A DNA stretch of 64,000 nt from Schmidtea polychroa. Its lineage: Eukaryota. The notes under the pieces are model-generated. The model ran no database searches. It saw only the letters and a program-made list of their open reading frames with translations, and was not told the origin of the DNA. This document shows positions 15,201 through 30,200 of this stretch, in pieces. The position numbers and the translations under genes are program-made. Location: assembly GCA_044892525.1 (NCBI GenBank), contig CM097885.1, forward strand, positions 33,294,001 through 33,358,000, written 5' to 3'. Every line of letters begins with the position of its first letter. Position 1 is the first letter of the stretch.

Positions 15201-18200
15201 TATGGTAAGATAAAACTACTAAAGTTTAGTTAAACTACAAAAACATTAAACAATTAAACAAAACCAGTAAACATGAAATTTAAGAAAAATAATACAAATT
15301 TACACATAATTTCTTTCTTTCTTGTAAAACTGCAACACCAAATGACATATACAGATTATTTTTATTTTTTAGATAAAGTAGGGAATACCAATTTTAGCAA
15401 ATGGCACAAACCAAAAAATAAATGGGAATAATTACTGTAAAAAAATTTAACACGCCCAAAACGTTCACTTTTCGCGGTTTTTTTAATTTTAAATTTCAAA
15501 ACCGCGTAAAATCGGCGGATAGGTGCATTTAGTTTCTTCTGAAAGTCTATTTTGGTTCTGGAACTTTGTGATTGATTTTATTCCTTTTGGCTTTGTTTAA
15601 ATTTATCGTAAAGTTATACCAATTCCTGTGGTTTCAAAAAATATATGTTTTCTATCGTTGGAGTTCAATTGTTTTTTTGAAGAATTATTATTTCAATAAT
15701 TTAATATGTTACTGCCTTAGTAATGAAGAATATACCTTGTATGCGCAAAGCCGGATTTGTAAGTGATGATGCTCAAAGTGCTGTTCTTCTATCTATCATT
15801 GGAAGATTTCAGCATTAAGGTGTTATGATTGAATTGAGCCAGAAAGATAGCTACATGAGTGATGAAGCTCAATCTAAAAGAGTTATTTTGACGATAAAAT
15901 CTTTTTGAAAATTGCATTGTTACTAACTAGGATGATATGAAAACTATCTGACATTATACATTTTATAATGTATTGAAAATTGCGCCAGAAGGGCATCCAG
16001 TTATCATTACTGAAGTGTAACAAAGAAAAAATGAGTCAAATTGTTTGAAACATTCAATGCTCCTGCTATTAATGTTACTATTCGGATTGATATGTTACTT
16101 TATGATTCAATAAGAACTACTGACATTTTTTAGATTCTGAAGATAGTGTACCACATATGTCAATTTATGAAGGTTATGTGTTGCCTCAAGCAATTTTCNN
16201 NNNNNNNNNNNNNNNNNNNNNNNNNNNNNNNNNNNNNNNNNNNNNNNNNNNNNNNNNNNNNNNNNNNNNNNNNNNNNNNNNNNNNNNNNNNNNNNNNNNN
16301 NNNNNNNNNNNNNNNNNNNNNNNNNNNNNNNNNNNNNNNNNNNNNNNNNNNNNNTGAAAATAAATGAAATATTAATAGTAAAGAAAGCAAAGATGAATTA
16401 GAAAATAAAGGATTTTATTGATAAAACTATTTAAATTTTAAATAGAAAATGATTATTAATTTTAAGATGGTTAATTTTATTAATATTTTCAATCGAATTT
16501 TTTGAGCCTTTTGCAATTCTAGTATCATTTACTGCTTGCTTTTTTCTGTAAAATTAACATAGAAATTTATGTTCTAATCAATAGTAGGGAAGGTTTTTTT
16601 TTAAATTAATAAGTAACGACTTTAAAATATCTATAAAAATCAAAAGATGTATTAACAAAAATTAGTTCCTTTGAAAAACATATGCTGGTAACACCAAACA
16701 CCCTAATACTTCCTCCCCTACTAATTATTTACTCCCATTAAAAGCTATTTTATCATCTAAAAATTTATATGTAATTATGACTAAATGCAAAAAAAAGAAG
16801 AAAAAAGAAGAAACAGAAGGAAAAAGCAAAAAACAATTTAATTTTTCTCAACGTTAAATTCAAATATTCTACTATTTCTTTTATGTCTTTAATATCCTTT
16901 TTTGTCAACCAAAACAAATCCTAAAAATATTGAAACTTCGTAGAAAACAATTTATTAAAATAGTGAAAATACAAAAAGTAATATGAATATAAAAGCTAAA
17001 AGAAATTTAATCATATAAAAAGAGCTTTTGAAGTTAAAAAATTTGACAAATTCAAAGAAAAATAAAAAAAATATTCTAAAACTACACATTCAATCATATT
17101 AATATTTGGTTGCCAAATCCATTTTAAATGAAACGCATGTAAAATATTTGAGACACAAAATTATGTTTCAGTTTGACTGGAAACATAGTGTAAGCCTTAC
17201 TTCCCTAAGAAGCGTCTCAAAACTTTGTCAGTTCAAGAAAATGTTAAAGGAAAGAATTTTTTAAAAAGACATGACTTAAGCTCAATAATAATAGTGAAGC
17301 CAAGAGATTTCTGGAAAATTAAACTAAATAATGCTATGTCAATTTAATGCAATTATTTCCAATAAAATACATGAAATCGATATTTTCAGAATAAATCAAA
17401 TAACTCAATAATCTATTCACAGACAATCAATAAATTGGGTCAAATCCTGTCAAATTCGAAAGTAAATTTGTCAAGCACACAAATTTAAAGTGGATATTTT
17501 GAAAATACTGAAATATTAATATTTACACAACACAATACTGGGAATTTTTGATTTACTAAAATAACATTTACCTCAATATCATAGAAAAGGAAATATTGTT
17601 TAGTTGCTAAATGACTTTTCTCAAAAGATTCTTTTATTAATTAATTATTTTGATTATTTTTTAGTTTCGAAATTTCGTTTCCATAAATTTTTTGTAAATT
17701 TTGTATTAATCACGTCCATAAAATATTAATAATTTTCCAAAAATTTATTTCAAATAAAACATTGTTTTTCAATATTATTAAAACAATAAATGCGTAATTG
17801 GCATTAAATCAAAGAATCAATCGGATTATTTTATGAAATCTTCAATATCCGATCATATTTCATAATTTTCGGGAGCTTTAATAAAATTGGTCATCATAGT
17901 TGCCATAATACCTAGCGTGAATTTTGTATTGATGACGTCCATAAAATATTAATAATTTTCCAAATATTTATTTCAAACACTGTTTTTTCAACATTATTAA
18001 AACAAACACAATATATTTCCGGAGTTTTTTCAGTGTCAAATATTGATATTTTCCGAAGGATACATTTCATTCACATCACCATACTAAATTTAATATTTTA
18101 ATAATATAAACATTACTAGCTTTGTGATACCCAGGGGAAATCCCAATAGTAGACTAGTTTCGAGCTTTTGGCTCTCATCAGTACTATGCAGGAGACGCGA

Positions 18201-21200
18201 AGATTTCTCTTCGCGCCAGGTAAGTATACAATATTGCTGATTCAACTCTATTGCATACTTAACCTGCTACACTGGAAATCACATCACTTGAAAATTAGCT
18301 AAAATCATATTCGCCTCTAAATTTATAAACATTTAACATTATACATTTAAAATAATTTATTTAATTATTTTAAAATAATTTATTTAATTATTTTTAAAAT
18401 TAATATTTAATTTTTAAATTTATACTTATATAAAGCAAGTGAAAATATTAAAAGTTATAGAGAAAAGAAAGATTTTGGATTGATTCCCATAAAAAATCAA
18501 AAATAAAATAAGTGAAAGAATAAGTAATTTGTGTTTATCATTTACTTACAATTATCAAATTATTTTATTTACTTATTATTAAATGTATTAAAAAACACAT
18601 TAACTCTGACAATATTCTTTATCGGAGACTGTCTGATTCTATAGAATTTAAAAAATTTACAAAATTCTACAGAACAAGCATAGGAAAAAATAATAAAACT
18701 ATAACATAATAATTTCCACGAAAAAGACTTAACTTAAAAGACGTATACCCAGGCCCGGCGTGAGGCGGGTATGATGCGTGATTTTCACGCAGGCGCCACG
18801 GCGGAAAAATACAAAAGGCGGCAAAATTGTACAGAAATTTGTTATTTTCATAACAATTTCCATTCTATTGTTAAATAACTAGTCCAATTTGAACAATATT
18901 GTTCCATCTGTGAAAAATATTTTTGTTTTGAAAAATAGTTAAGTTTTTTTTACTCTTATTATGGAATGCGAAGGCGGTAATATGCAATTTTCACACATCA
19001 TCTGAAACTCTAGCGCCGGTGCTGCGTATACCTAACCTGGAAAAATCATTAAAGTTGAGAATCACATAAAATTTGGAGTTGGAATCGGTGAGCCACCAAA
19101 AAAATAAATATTTGATAGTATATAATGCATACTATCAAATATTTATTTCATATACTATATATTATAATATATCTTTGTTTATTTTGAAGTTGTGAGGTCA
19201 CATTAGTTGAGGGCTGTCGATCAAAATAGCCTTAATAACTGAATATTACAGTAACTAGAGGTCTGGCACAAAAATTATTTTTTTATATTTATTTTTTTGC
19301 TTTCGTCATAGAATCATAGTCCACGATGCATAGTTTGTCCAAGTTGGACATATACTTACTTGTATGGAAACAAGAATTATATTCAATCAATCGTTAAAAT
19401 AAAAATTTGTTACAAATTATAATTTTAGAACTTAAACTCATTAAATAAACAGTAAATTTAAATATTTTTTAATATTTCAAACTTCGACAATTATTCCTCG
19501 TTAATAATAATCAAAAAACTTTTCATAAGTACTAAATTAGTCACGCAATCTTATATTTTCTGAGAGCTGCAACTAAATTCATTTGTGAGATTTTTTGTAA
19601 AAATTTGTTAATTCTAAAAATTTAGAGATAAAAAATAAAAGAAATTATTTTGATAATTCTAAATAAAGAAAAATACATATCATAAAAAATATTGAAAAAG
19701 GAAAAAATTTAAGTAATACTAACAATATAATTTCTATTATTCACGAGTTTATAAATTTTGTCTTAATGTCAATTACAACATCATTTTAGTTTTGAAAATC
19801 TACTTTTTTGTGCATAAACAAATGCTTTCTAATGCGTCAATATAGATTGTTATGATATACCGTCACATTTGATCACTTTATTCGAGCATGTTGAATGACT
19901 CAGCTTATTTAGTGATATAGTATTTTCGTGTGTTTTTGAAAAAATATTAAATATTTACAAATTATATTCCAAATTATTTAACCATTGATAAAAAAATGGG
20001 AAATAAATTTTTAAAAATAAAAAATAGAATACCGATTTATTCGAGGGCTGTCTACACTTCAAATCTACATCTTTTGGTTTGATATGTTTCAATTAGATTG
20101 TAATGTCGTGTTTATTGTATTGATTATGATTGTAAATTTTGTCTTATCATGGTGCAGAAATACCCTACTAACCATCATCTTATATTTCATAGGATCACAT
20201 CTGGTAGAGGATCAAATTGATGAATTATTTGAATGTCTGACTGAGTTAGTATTTTTTCCATTGTTTATTTTGTATTTACATTTCTTTTTGTCCGAAATTA
20301 CTTTTTCTTTGCTTTTCACTTTTGAACTATATATAAATCTTGAATCATCATGAATATTTGTATATAGACTGAAGATTAATATATTTTTGTTTAAAGAAAT
20401 GAAAGTCATAATAAAGAGATTTCGTTTTTGAAAAATTCATATTTTTTAGAATAACATGTGCTATTATGTATTATTTTGTTTTAGTTGAATCTTTCATTAG
20501 AAAGAATTTTTGATGAAATAAAATTAATTTTCATGATGAAGTGTTGTTCTAAGTGACTCGCCAAAATATTGTTCATTTTATTTTAATTTCTGTCTGTAAA
20601 TTACATAAATTATTAACTTATATATGTCTCTTCAAAATTATTCAGAATAATTCTTAAAAAATCCCTTTAAGAATCAAAATTCCAAAAGCCATTTGTATAA
20701 AAATTTACAAAAAACAATAAAATAAAACTTATCTAACTTTTGTTCATTGAATTCCACACAATTTATTATCACGGAATCTTCTCTCGTATGGAGTTCATTG
20801 CATTTCAATATTGTATATTCAGATTTGGAAATGTAATTTTCGGACGTATCATCTAGATTCTTTGATTCGCTTGTGAAACTGAGATTGTTTTCAAGAAAAT
20901 TCATCAAAACTAATGTGCCATTTTCACCTGATGTAGCTATTAATCCCGGAATTAATGGAGATAAACTCAAATCGTATAAATATCCTTGACCGGGGTCAAT
21001 TGCTGATATTTGTTGCTTGTGTTCGATATTGTATATCTGTAAATCAAATAATAATAATAATAAATTTTAAAATGATTTCGAATAATTTTAGTAATAATTA
21101 GGGCTTGTAAATACCAGTTTACCGTAAAATGTCAAACGTACCCTCAAATTCTTAAACAGAAATTCGGTAAATAAAAAATCTGCATTCAAATAAACAATAT

Positions 21201-24200
21201 TCGTACCATGTTGTCCAATCATATGCTTTATTACCTAATACTGACAAAGACATTTTTTTATTTCTTACTTATTTTCTCTATTCTATAGTCGAAGCATAGG
21301 TCGAAGTATAGGTTGAACCATATTTAATTTCAAAATTAATGAATTATCAACTAAATATGTAGGTCGATAAGAAACACATATGACATTACATTTTGTTTCT
21401 GTTCAACATGGGTAAAAAGAATAAATGTCCCAAGTTTATGGAGAAGATATTGTCAGACTGACAACTATCAATGACCAGTATTCGAAACCCAAGATAAACA
21501 GCTTCAGACACTACTGAATGAAAATAATACCCGGTCAATACGTAACCTTTCCGAGAGGGCTAATGTCAGTGCAGTGAAGACTTTGAACTCTGGGATAGAT
21601 CTCTAATATATGTAAACGGGTTCTGCATCAAATTTCGCAAAGAAACAAAGATGAGACTATCAATCTCATTGTATCAGTTGTGTAAGTATAAAAAGAAATC
21701 TGTTTTGACATGTAAAGTGACTGGTAATGAGAAGTGGGTGTGTTATGATAATCCAGAGCGAAAGAGGTAATATACAGACTCACTCATGACATCGAAATCC
21801 ACTTCAAAACACAACATTACATGTTCAAATGCTAAAGGTTTACGGATTCACTTGTAAACATTTTCTGTGTATAGACTGTTTTGGTCTCCAGAGGTGAATG
21901 TGATTTTTCATACGCCATGTTTACAAGTTTGCAGATATTTTTTTCTGTGATTTAGCTAATTTGCAAGTGATTTGATTTCCACTGTACCAGGGAAAGTATT
22001 TCTTTGACCTAATAAATTAATTATTAGTAATTTAGTGGTTATGGTTTTGCGTATTATTTTTCATATTTTTCTATATATTTGTTTTTATTGTAGCCATTAA
22101 ACAGCCAACAAACGCTGATGTACTACAGAAATATGTGAAAGAAATCTCAATAAAAATTTTTTTCTAATTTTACATTGTAAGACTCGGTACAACAGCTTAT
22201 TAATGATGCAAGAATTATTTTTATTGCTTAAAGATACTGTTCGAAAAACTCTAATAGGTTTAAAGTTAGACATTTCTTTTAATGGTGAAGTAAAATTACT
22301 ATCTAATATAATCGCAGTTTTACAACCGTAAAAGTTGGCTGTTGAAACACTATTCAGTAAAAATATTAATTTAAAAATAGCCGATGTCACGTTAACCTCT
22401 TAAGTGCGTATGACGGATACATACGTCTTCAACACATGCATTACAAAACGCATAAGACGAATAAAAATATATTATTATTTTTATTATCTTAATAAATATC
22501 ATCCAATAAAATATTATTTTATGTTTTGTAACACAATGCCCAAGACGCATATATAAGCTAGCGGATAACAAAACTCGCCGCTGAGGAGCGCATTTCGTTT
22601 GACGAAATAAACCACTTAAGAGGTTAAAATTTGTGCTAGATGAATTAATTTGCCAAAAAACATTTTTAAGCATTGAACTGAAAAAAGCTTTAATATATAG
22701 TATTACCAGAATTTAATCTGAATATTTCAGAGGAGGAAAATCACGGAATTTTTAATCTAATCAGTAAAGCCACAATAATAAAAAATACTGATATTATACA
22801 TGATAATACATACAAACAGACTTTTGCAATAGTGCTGACTTAAGTTAATTGGAATCTGGTAACGAAATTAAAAATCCAAAGTCAAATTCTGATTTATCTA
22901 TTAAAGAAAGGCTAAGCATGTTAATAAAACAGAAATGGAAGCGTCTTATGAAAAGTCAACTATAAAAGAACAAAAAATTAAAGAGCTGAAAGGAGTAATA
23001 AAAAAAGAATTGAAATATTTTTGACAAAAGAAAGTTACAGAGAAGTTTATTCGAGTAGTTTTTGATTATTTGATGACCATTCGATCAATATATGAAACCT
23101 GAAAGAGTACTTTCGAATAGTCGAATTCTTCGACACAAAAGTTAGATTCTCATTGGTTAATAAAATCTTGGGATAATTCCCAAAAAAGTTAGTAATAAAA
23201 AAAATTTACAAAAACTATATCAAGCTTTTTACTATGAAAAAGTCGCTTCTGTGGATCAAAATTACAAGAAATTGTCTTTATTAACTTTATTAAAAATCTC
23301 TCGCATTCATATTTAATTAATATAGACTAAAATGTAGCTTTTTTATATATCATTGTAAAATCAAAAAATTGTAAAAATTTTTATTTTTGGGCAGGTGTGC
23401 CGCGAGTGAGAAAAGTCTGAGAAACACTGATTATCTTTGTATGCTTACATTACAATATGAGTTTTTTTATATTTTTCATCAATATTTTAATCAATTTGCT
23501 ATTAAATGTTGGTTATACGTAGCAAGTATGAAACTTTTAAAAGTATAAATACGTATGATAAATAAAGTACTATAAAACCCAAAGTTAACATTAAATTAAT
23601 TAATTAAATTTATTATTGAATATTTTGTCAGTAACATTAATTACCACTCAGTGTTTTGTCTTTAAAATAAATTCAAAGCACAAACCATAATTTCATATAC
23701 GTATTCAGTATCTACTACCAACTTTATATATTATTTTTCGAAAAAGTAGTTACCGGTAAATGAAAAGGTCGGTAAATTTACAAGCCCTTGTAATAATGAC
23801 TTTCCAAAAATTTCATTGTATTCTTACATATATTATTCCAGTAGCGGCAACAGCTGCAACAAAATTGGCTAAAGCTTTACTCCACTGCACGCCATGGACG
23901 GCGCCAGAAATAGTTGCTAAAACTGATTCAACCGGTGACTTTATTTCTTTCAATTCATTCCCAATAGAGGACGAGCTGCCTTGAAAAATAGCTTTTCAAT
24001 GTTTTTATAGAATTTTCTTTCGGATTTATGAAATGTTTTTACATTAAAAATTTTAAAAATAGACTAATTTAATTATTACAATTTACATTATTAAAAAATT
24101 ATCCAATACGAATTTGGCAGTTGTAATGTTAACATATATTTAACATAAATAATTTTTCGGTTTACGGCAAATTCATCGTGGGGAAATTCCTCTTAAATTC

Positions 24201-27200
24201 AAAAACTTTTGGTATCCAGGAAATTACAGATCTTGATATTTTTCAGTTGAATTTGTACATGGTTTATTAATTTTTATCAAAAATAATAAAAAATAAATCT
24301 GGAAAAAGTTAACATGCAAAGATAATCCATTCTATCTCGGTAACATTTTTTGACTGCAGGAGTTGACTGAATTTACCCACGATGAATTTGCCGGATACGA
24401 TATTTTTCAAACATTTTTTATTGGTGATTCCATTTTAATAACTCAAGGCATCTTTAGGATAATACCTATTCATAAATAATATTAATGACGTTTGATTTAT
24501 ATCAGGCGTCTTGACCATTCAATCAGAAAACACATTATTCTTATTCTTGACATTCTAAAAGCAGATTATTAGCAAATTGAATTCTGATTTACTGTATATC
24601 TTAATTTCATTACCAAAAAAAATATTCCTAAAACAAGTCAAAAACGAGATTGATAAACTAGTTCATCAGACATATTTTTATTTGACAAAAGCTTATTCTA
24701 CTTTTGAAACTAATCTGTTCTTTAAGATATCTTCTTTGGTCCACTTTATTATTTTGCATTTTATTCAAGTTTCATATGAACTTTACCTTTTCAACGAATT
24801 CTGTTATTAGTCTTAACGCTTTCAGTTTGTTTTTCCCTATTTAAGTAATTTATCGATAAAAACTTTTTTGTTAACTTAAATATGTGTTTTTAGGACTAAC
24901 GAATTGAGATATAAGTATTAAAAATAAATAATATTTTTAATAGTCCATAAATACAACGTTGTTTGTATAAATCCAATTACATGTAATATTCAAATAAATG
25001 TCATTTATAATTGCAACATAAATCTTAATTTATTATTAAATTTCAGATTATAAATTACCCTAAAATCGCGCCGTTAAGCCGCACCCGCAAATAAATCGCA
25101 TTTAAATTTTTTTTAAATCACACTTTTTTGTGCAGATAAGCCGCATTTATATATTTTTTAAAAGTCACTTGACATTTTTTTCTAAAAAAAAATTGACTTT
25201 TTTTCAGATAACCGCGGCTTATCTGCGCGATTTTAGGGTAAATGTAATGTAATTTTATGCCTGGCATTATGAGTACTTTTAAATTATTAATGAAAATATA
25301 GTTAAAACATCTTTTGAAACATCTTTGACTGTATACTTGAAAATTTTCAACTCTATTAATAGTGATTGAAATTAAATAATTTTTATTTAATTCCAAAAGT
25401 CTGGATGCTTAGCAAAAATGAGGTTATAAGTTTTTTATAGCAAAATCTTATCTGAGCGAACCTGTAATTTTTACATTAGTTGTATTTTAGATTTTTGTAC
25501 TAAAGAGTAATTTTAATATATTCAATAAAGGATATTTTGTATTATTTTAAGTTAGTAGTCAAAAATTATAACTTTGAAAATTTATTAATTGTCTCTATTT
25601 AATTTAATCACATTTTATAAAAATAATAATATTTAACAAATATAAAAATTTATTCAAATAGAATAATAGTATCGTATAATAAACAAAGTTACCCAATATA
25701 ATAATAAAAATAAAAATTTTATTTTTTTATCCATCAATAATTGCATATAAATACTTTTTTTTCATTTCTTGATCTATTATCATTGAACGAAAAAAATTAA
25801 TTTAATATTATATATTTGTTATAAATTATTAAATTAAGTGATAAATTTTAAAAACTGATCTTCACAAACCGCTCATTTGTATCGTTATTTAAAATTTTTA
25901 AGGTGTGATAATTGTTGGAATAGTAAAGATTAATGGTTAATTTTTTATACATGGAAATAAATTTTATTATTAGTTGAGTTTTCTTTAGATTGGAAGTAAA
26001 TGACGAGAATTACAACGTGATTGCAATTAAAAATATCAAAACATTATTTCAAATCATTTTCACAATCAGAGTATAAAATTGACTTTAAATTTATTTTTAA
26101 AATGTGTCTTCCCATTTAATTGAGAAAATATGTCATGCTCAATTAAATTTCATTAGAAAAATTATCAGATAATTAACGTAGCTATAGAAATCATTATTGA
26201 AGCGAAAAATGCAAAACTCGAAATAAATATTTTTCATAAATTGAAAAAGCAGTTAAATGATTTAATTACAGCAAAACTCCGATTATCCGAACATCCGAGC
26301 ATCTAAAGTCCCGATTATTCAAACGAAAAATGAGGAAAATTTTATTATTTCGTATTTTTACAAATTGTAATTTTTATATAGTTTATGTATTTTTTAAGTC
26401 GATATATATCATTTTAAAGTTAAAAACTTTTAACAATTCCTATTCTATACTACCCAATTCAAAGTAACAAATAGCATGTTGAAATTTGATAAGGAGGTGC
26501 AAATAAAAAGATAAAACGGAAAAATTAAAAGACAAAAATGTATTTTGGTATTAGGTAAGTAAAGTCAAATTATAAAAATATTTAAAGATATTTCGATTAT
26601 GACAAAATTATGTGAGAAATTAGGTCTAGGCACGTCGAAAGAATCAAATTTGAAAACAAAAGAATAAAGCTATTAAAAATTAATTCAAGTAGCTGAAGAC
26701 GAGAATATTTTTGAACAAGGAAAACCTTGGAAAAAACCGCTAATAAAGTTCTACAAGAAAGATCTCTTGTTATACCCATAAACGAATCAACTTTATCCCA
26801 AAAGGCGCTATATTTTTATGAAAAAAATACAAGATGATCTCTAATTTAAGACAAGTAATGAATACATAAGGTTTTTTAAGGATTTTCTTTTATTTATTAA
26901 CTTTGGAATCCAATTATTTGTAAAATCCTGCTATCCGCAAATATTTTGAAAATTTCATTGCCATGATTTTCGAATAATCAGCGTACTATCCGAGATAATG
27001 TCATATAATTTTATGAAATTATTTTAATTCTTTTTAATAAATAAGATTTTAATTTCATATATTTTTTTAAACAGTATGTATAACGATTCAATGGTTATTG
27101 AAAAGAAATATTTTAATTCTAATCAACAGATTCCAGAATTACAGCTGGAAAACAATAGAGTTCAATGGCCTATAAAATATTTCCTAACCAAAGCATAGAA

Positions 27201-30200
27201 ATCGAAAAAGTTAATTTACAATTTTTAAATTAATTTTAATTTTAATAAATTTTTTTTAAAGAATTCCAATATATAACGTCACAACAATTCGACAGTTTGA
27301 AATAATAATATTAAATTCAGGGAAAAGTCTAAAAAACTATTACAGGAAAAATCAAATGTCACTCATGTTAATAAAAAGTAAATAACAAATAGTGGGTTAT
27401 CAGAAAACCCACAAATGCCCATCTATCAATCAAAAGAAAAAATAATTAAATCACAGCTAATTAAAACAGACACTGTAATCTGATGTGTTCGCTTAGCAGG
27501 CATCATTATTTTGGTAACTTTGTCGCCAGGTTATATTTATAATTATATAAATTCACAAATACATTGTAAAATGAGCGCAAAACTATGTATTCAATGTAAT
27601 TTACAGAATAAATAAAAACAAANNNNNNNNNNNNNNNNNNNNNNNNNNNNNNNNNNNNNNNNNNNNNNNNNNNNNNNNNNNNNNNNNNNNNNNNNNNNNN
27701 NNNNNNNNNNNNNNNNNNNNNNNNNNNNNNNNNNNNNNNNNNNNNNNNNNNNNNNNNNNNNNNNNNNNNNNNNNNNNNNNNNNNNNNNNNNNNNNNNNNN
27801 NNNNNNNNNNNNNNNNNNNNNNNNNNNNNNNNNNNNNNNNNNNNNNNNNNNNNNNNNNNNNNNNNNNNNNNNNNNNNNNNNNNNNAACAAAGTAATAAAG
27901 AATTTATAAAAAATGTTAAAACTTCTATTAATGCTTTTATATCATTAATAAATACAACTTGATACAACTTTAATATCATGAAAATAATGAAAAACAAGTC
28001 AGTAATTATACATATAATGAGTATAAATTATAATGTCATTTATAAATAACGAGTCTATTTGACGCATTGATAATCTAGGGTGACGGGTGGAATAGATGAT
28101 ATTTGGTAAAAATTTCACAATTTCCATATTTTTCTAAAAAATTTCTCTTTTATTACTAATAAATAGTTCTTTATATCAAAATTTTATCAATCAAATTATC
28201 TGTAAAATAATTTAGACAATATCTGTTATATAAGTTTTAGCGGAATTTGCTTATTGTGAAAACAGAAACCACCTCATAACATAATAGTTGATTTGGATAA
28301 AATAAATTACAGAAAACAAGTAATTTTTATTGCCTGAATAAATTCAGCTAAGTTTATATAATTTGAAAATTATTTAGAAAAAATTTAAATCATTATAAAC
28401 CAAAATATAAAACGTTTTTTCGGCAAAAATAATCATTCTTATCAAATCTAGATGGCTAAGATTTAAAAAAAACCATATGGCACATTGAAAATCATTTCGA
28501 CAATGTTATAAAACTAATTCCCTGAAGACTATTAGAGTTCGTAGAATATTTTGTCAAGAAAATAGAAATATTTGCATAGCCTTTTAAATTTTTTTAATAT
28601 AATAATAAAATTTTTATAATATAATAATCGAAATGTCCCTATTTTGTACAGAATTGTTACCTATATACAAGTAAATTTCGATTTTTCGACACCCCTAAAT
28701 CATCAACGTCAAAAATAAATCAATTACATTCGATGGTTCGACATTCGGTCTTTTCAAATTCAGTTATAATTTTTTGGTTTTCTTCTAATGATCTCGTAGT
28801 TTTCTTCATTTAAGGTAAAATATAAAATTAAGAATTATAAAATATACAAATATAATCGAAAAAAATCAATTTGAAAACTATTATTTTTAAATTATCTTTA
28901 TTTATAAAATATTATAACAAGCCTATTATACAAACCACATGCTAATCTTCATCATGTTGTTACCCCATTTCATGTACTCAGTCTATAATACATGTTACAG
29001 ATGCATGAAATCTTTTCGTTTGCAGTCCATCCTCTTAAAATGTGCATCTCTACTTTTATTATTCATAGCTCGCTCATTTTTTCTGTTTAATATATTTACA
29101 TCTTAATAGTCTCCAGTACAACTATCCCGATGATCAATAATGAAGATATAACGACTGGCAAGTAATCACTAAATATTACAGAAAACCACAAGTACAAGTT
29201 CAAATTTTAAATTATGAAGCGTCTCATTTTTATGGCTCAATAAAATATTATTATTAAAACCGCTCGATTGTTCGTCATCATAGTATTTTATGTGGGCGAA
29301 CGATCGTTCTGTCGAACCATCGAAATTTACTTGTATACAAAATTGACTAATAATTAATTAATAATATTAGAAAATGAGTTTATTACTCAGATTGATATTC
29401 TTTACATTCCCTTGTCAAGAATTTCCTCATTTCAATACAATATTCATGATTATTGTTTCCTACCTATATTTAAATATTTATTAATTAATATGAAAAAATG
29501 CAAGCCAAAATAACTAAATTCAATAATGGAAACTCAGATTTTTAATGTAATAAAATTAAATAGTATATAAAAAGATAAAATAGTGAGATTTAGATAATAT
29601 CTATAATATCTATATGTTACAGTTAAAGTATAAACTTAGAAAATGTATACCTTAACTAGTTAAAGTTGTAAATTCAGTTAAAGTATACATAAGGTGACCA
29701 GACGTCCCGCTTTTGGCGGTACTGTCCCAATTTTTCACGATTTATCCCGCGTCCCTCAACGTTTTTCAAAAGTCCCGACTTTTAGAATTAAGTTAAATTT
29801 AATATTTATGAAAATCATTGTTTTGCATTCTAAAAATCCTACGGACTACTAAGACTAACATATGATACACTTTAAGGAAGCTAATTAAACAAATAAATAT
29901 TATAAATCTGCTACTTACCATAGAAAATTAAGGTAAGTAATTTATTTATATATTTCAATAAAACATAAATTTTCTTAAACTTAGCTTAAAATACTCGTAG
30001 TCCTCAATTTTATATAGATAACAAAAAGTATATCGCTGACCCTAATCTTAAAAGAAATTTTAGAAAGAAATATAAAAATAAAATTTTGCAAATATTTTAA
30101 GTTAATCAAACTAATTTCAATATAAACAACAATAAAATATGTTCATGTAAATTATTTTTAGTGCAAATTAATTCAGCGAAATATTGCAACAAGAAATACT

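Noticed and set aside
17711-18010. ~80-bp local direct duplication
   Set aside because: Ordinary AT-rich duplication with no further structure.
23760-23984. Plus-strand 74-aa ORF
   Set aside because: Antisense of WDR34 exon 8; likewise 51450-51665 is antisense of exons 3-4.
28729-29323. 15-bp inverted pair TTCGATGGTTCGACA about 570 bp apart
   Set aside because: No TSD or further terminal similarity; cannot support a MITE call.
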